Positions 28,990 to 32,000 of a stretch of DNA of 32,000 nucleotides are shown in pieces; the stretch's first letter is position 1; each line of letters starts with the position of its first letter. A program made the position numbers and the translations under genes. Below the pieces are notes generated by a model that had not been told where the DNA came from, did not search any database, and was given only the letters and a program-made list of their open reading frames with translations. The DNA lies in NCBI RefSeq assembly GCF_000039765.1, contig NC_004459.3:2811127-2843126 (forward strand). The letters are read 5' to 3'. Source of the stretch: Vibrio vulnificus CMCP6. GTDB taxonomy: Bacteria; Pseudomonadota; Gammaproteobacteria; Enterobacterales; Vibrionaceae.

Positions 28990-29859
28990 CTAAACATACT
29001 GCTTTATAAATTCGATAAAGGTGCGATCCGCCACCGACAGATAGCCGCCACGTCGCCAAGCCAATGCTAGGTTCAGAGTGACGGGCGGAGAAAATGGCAC
29101 GCCGACCACGCCACTCTCATTCTCGGTCACCAATTGAAGCAGCGCAGTAATGGCAAACTCTCGCTTTACGATCTTCAAAATCAATGGCAATAGATTGGTT
29201 TCAAAAGAATACTGCATTTCAATGCCATGCTGCTGGCTAAAGTGATCGAGAAAATCGCGGTGGAAATAACCCGATTTGAACATCACCAGTTCATGTTGAA
29301 AAAACTCTTCAAAAGTGAGGGATGCTCGTTGCGATAACGAATGCTCACTGCCAACTACCGCCATCATCTGGCTAGAGAACAGGTGGTCTATTTCTAAATC
29401 GTCCGGTACGTCGTTTTCCGTGATCACGCCAATGTCCAAATCCCCTTCAAGCAGCATCTTACGAATCGACTGCGTCCCCGCTTCAATCAGTGTCAATTTT
29501 AGATTGGGATAGTGACTTTTAAACGCCATTAAAATTTCTGGAAAGAAGTAGCTGCCCATCATGCTTGGCGCACCAAGGCGCACCTCACCTTTCTCAAGCC
29601 CTTTCAGTTCATTCATCGCCAACTCGGCATCATGCAGTTGCTGCACAACACGTTTGGCATGCTCATACAAGGTTTGCCCTTCCGTTGTCAGTGCGATCTG
29701 TTTGTCATCACGCTTAAATAGCGTCACACCGAGGCTTTGTTCGAGCTTTTTGATTGAGACACTCAAGGCAGGCTGCGCGATATGCAAAGACTGAGCTGCA
29801 CGAGTGAAATTTTTCTCTTCGGCCACCGCCAAAAATTGTTTGAGTTGTTTCGATTCCAT
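28990..29859 (-). CDS. LysR-family transcriptional regulator
   Basis: 'MESKQLKQFLAVAEEKNFTRAAQSLHIAQPALSVSIKKLEQSLGVTLFKR' wHTH and a LysR effector domain; divergent from an MFS gene. Confidence 0.93.
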   Translation of the reverse strand: MESKQLKQFLAVAEEKNFTRAAQSLHIAQPALSVSIKKLEQSLGVTLFKRDDKQIALTTEGQTLYEHAKRVVQQLHDAELAMNELKGLEKGEVRLGAPSMMGSYFFPEILMAFKSHYPNLKLTLIEAGTQSIRKMLLEGDLDIGVITENDVPDDLEIDHLFSSQMMAVVGSEHSLSQRASLTFEEFFQHELVMFKSGYFHRDFLDHFSQQHGIEMQYSFETNLLPLILKIVKREFAITALLQLVTENESGVVGVPFSPPVTLNLALAWRRGGYLSVADRTFIEFIKQYV

Positions 29860-29867
29860 CTAGATCA

Positions 29868-29901
29868 AAAATATATCGTCATCATATTTTTAATATATTT
29901 T
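29868..29901. promoter_or_regulatory. inverted repeat in the LysR/MFS divergent intergenic region
   Basis: AAAATATAT-N16-ATATATTTT within the 94-bp gap between divergent starts; candidate LysR-type regulatory site. Confidence 0.4.
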
Positions 29902-29953
29902 GTTTATCACGACGTGACTGATACTGTGCTCACAAATCAGTAGGAGAATTAAG

Positions 29954-31162
29954 ATGTACGAACTCGGCAGCTCTCAGTATCGCCATATCACCATTGCCTT
30001 AGCACTCGGTTCGTTTTTAGTTTTCTGTAATCTTTACCTCTTTCAACCTATGCTGCCTAAATTGGCGTTGGAATACACGGTATCGGAAACACAGGTAAAC
30101 TGGGTATTTGCCGCCACCACACTGGGTTTATCCCTTAGCCTTGTCCCCATGGCGGTGTTGTCTGAAAAAATTGGCCGACGCACGGTCATGTTGGCGGGTT
30201 TATTCGCCATTCCACTGTGCAGTGCCGCTCTGCTGCTTAACGACTCTTTCTTGTTTATCGTCATTTGCCGAGCGCTCCTTGGGGTGGCGTTGGCGGCCTT
30301 TGCCGCCGTTGCGGTGGCGTACATGGCGGAAGAATTGCACCCCAAAGCGTTTAGCCACGCCATCGGCGGTTACATTGCGGCCAATTCACTCGGCGGCATT
30401 AGCGGACGAATCAGTGGCGGTTTGATGTCCGATTGGTTTGGTACCACGGTCGCAATTGAGGTGATGCTGGTCTTCACGCTACTGGGCGTGATTGCGGTGA
30501 GTTTTTTGCTGCCCAAGCAGAAACATTTCTCCCCCAGCACTCACAGCTTATGGCAACACAATCAGACCATCGTCCAGCACCTGCGCCACACCCGAGTTTG
30601 GTTGGCAATGGTGATCGGCGGGCTCAATTTTGCCCTTTTCGTTAACCTCTATTCAGTGATGGGATTTCGCCTGGTGGCGGAGCCGCATGGCCTACCCGTT
30701 GGCCTCGCTTCATTGATTTTTTTGTGTTACCTCGGCGGTACCATCAGCTCCAAATACACCGGCAAATGGAATCAACATTTTCATCCGGTCAGCGGCATGT
30801 TGCTGGGCGCGGCGATCAGTTTGTTTGGTATGCTAATCACTTCGATTGAACATTTAGCCGCCATGTTTATCGGTTTAGTACTGATTTCCTTCGGCGCTTT
30901 TTTCACGCACACTTTGGCGTATGGATGGGTCGGGCAAAAAGCCACTCATGCAAAAGCAACGGCAACCGCGATGTATCTGGTGCACTACTATGTAGGCGGT
31001 AGCCTTGGCGGATTCTTCTTGCTCTATTGCTGGCAACATTGGCAATGGAATGGTGTGATCATCGCAGCGCTGACTATGTATGTGTTGCTGTTTGCCGTGA
31101 TACTGCAACTGAAAAAACCCAAATACGCGTGCATGGAAGAGGCCTTGGTCAAGCATACTTGA
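29954..31162 (+). CDS. MFS transporter (YnfM-like arrangement with LysR regulator)
   Basis: 12-TM MFS pattern, 'SLVPMAVLSEKIGRRTVMLAGLFAIPLCSAALLL', 'RISGGLMSDWFG'. Confidence 0.88.
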   Translation: MYELGSSQYRHITIALALGSFLVFCNLYLFQPMLPKLALEYTVSETQVNWVFAATTLGLSLSLVPMAVLSEKIGRRTVMLAGLFAIPLCSAALLLNDSFLFIVICRALLGVALAAFAAVAVAYMAEELHPKAFSHAIGGYIAANSLGGISGRISGGLMSDWFGTTVAIEVMLVFTLLGVIAVSFLLPKQKHFSPSTHSLWQHNQTIVQHLRHTRVWLAMVIGGLNFALFVNLYSVMGFRLVAEPHGLPVGLASLIFLCYLGGTISSKYTGKWNQHFHPVSGMLLGAAISLFGMLITSIEHLAAMFIGLVLISFGAFFTHTLAYGWVGQKATHAKATATAMYLVHYYVGGSLGGFFLLYCWQHWQWNGVIIAALTMYVLLFAVILQLKKPKYACMEEALVKHT

Positions 31163-31234
31163 GTCGTCAAAGGGGATAGGATTGAACCCCACGAGTGGTT
31201 ATACTGCCCCCTCAACACGCAATAGAATACGATC

Positions 31235-31795
31235 ATGACTCAAAGCTCAACACAACAAACCATTCATCAAGAAGTGAACCAATGGCTCAACGATGTGGTG
31301 ATTGGTTTAAATCTCTGCCCATTTGCCGCCAAACCGCAGCGCAATCAGCAAATCAAAATCCACGTCAGTGATGCCGATAACGAAGAGTTGTTGCTGCAAG
31401 ATATTCTCAGCTTGCTGATGGAGCTCGATCAAACGGAGCCCAGTAAGTTAGAAACCACGCTGGTTGTTATCCCTAACATGCTCAGTGATTTTTGGGATTA
31501 CAATCTTTTCATCGATTGGGTAGAAGCCTTGATCAGACAACAAGATTGGGAAGGCGTTTTCCAAGTGGCCACCTTCCATCCGGACTACTGTTTTGGTGGC
31601 GCCGAGCCAGAAGACGATGAAAACCTCACCAATCGATCGCCTTATCCGATTTTTCATCTCATTCGGGAAGAAAGCATGGAAAAGGTGCTGCGCCATTACC
31701 CTGATCCTGAATCGATCCCTGACACCAACATTGCTCGTGTTTCAGCGCTCAATGAAGAAGAACGTAAAAAGCTATTCCCTTATCTTTTTCGCTAA
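31235..31795 (+). CDS. DUF1415 domain-containing protein
   Basis: 'VNQWLNDVVIGLNLCPFAAKPQRNQQIKIHVSD', 'VFQVATFHPDYCFGGAEPEDDENLTNRSPYPIFHLIREESMEK'. Confidence 0.88.
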   Translation: MTQSSTQQTIHQEVNQWLNDVVIGLNLCPFAAKPQRNQQIKIHVSDADNEELLLQDILSLLMELDQTEPSKLETTLVVIPNMLSDFWDYNLFIDWVEALIRQQDWEGVFQVATFHPDYCFGGAEPEDDENLTNRSPYPIFHLIREESMEKVLRHYPDPESIPDTNIARVSALNEEERKKLFPYLFR

Positions 31796-31943
31796 ACAGC
31801 AAGGGCAAAGAACATCAACCAAATCTGAGGCAGCGGCCATGCACACTGAACCACAAGTGACGCTGCTTCAATTGGCAAGGGGATAGAGCTTACCTCTAGG
31901 CTCTGGTATCATTCGCCCTTACGTAAAACTATTGGAAAAACAC

Positions 31944-32000
31944 ATGCAATTGTCTCAACTTACCCAAGACATTTTTGATCACCTGTACCGTGACATCACT
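31944..32000 (+). CDS. N-terminal start of an unidentified CDS cut by the window edge
   Basis: ATG at 31944: MQLSQLTQDIFDHLYRDIT..., open to the window end; only 19 codons visible. Confidence 0.4.
   Translation, partial: MQLSQLTQDIFDHLYRDIT

Noticed and set aside
30108-30425. 105-aa ORF in another frame of the MFS gene
   Set aside because: Out-of-frame overlap with a convincing 12-TM transporter.

Overview
This 32 kb window looks like ordinary gammaproteobacterial chromosome. Protein character suggests Vibrionaceae, which is inference only. I find no integrase, transposase, CRISPR array, toxin-antitoxin pair or recognisable defence or secretion cassette. Contents in order: the 3' part of a methyl-accepting chemotaxis protein gene (open at the left edge); a GAF-like/HD-GYP protein; a glycerol-3-phosphate uptake cluster (ugpB, A, E, C, a DeoR-family regulator and a glycerophosphodiester phosphodiesterase); katG; a DUF486 membrane protein and a cold-shock protein with a long leader; a GGDEF protein; two tandem tRNA-Val(GAC) genes; two standalone periplasmic solute-binding-like proteins around a DUF2726/zinc-finger protein and a 59-aa Cys-containing small ORF missing from the supplied ORF track; a tyrosine/homogentisate catabolic operon (hppD-hmgA-fumarylacetoacetase-maiA) with a TyrR-box-like site upstream; a PepT-like peptidase; a periplasmic metallophosphatase/5'-nucleotidase; metA preceded by tandem MetJ boxes; a PilF/PilW-like TPR lipoprotein; rlmF plus a YgjP-like metallopeptidase; a glutaredoxin-like protein; a divergent LysR/MFS pair; a DUF1415 protein; and the start of another CDS at the right edge. 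The best leads are regulatory or annotation-level: the ugpB/ugpA intercistronic terminator, a Pho-box-like repeat array, a DeoR gene fused into the ugp operon, the TyrR-like box, start-site corrections and the overlooked small ORF. I did not find convincing evidence of a previously undescribed system.
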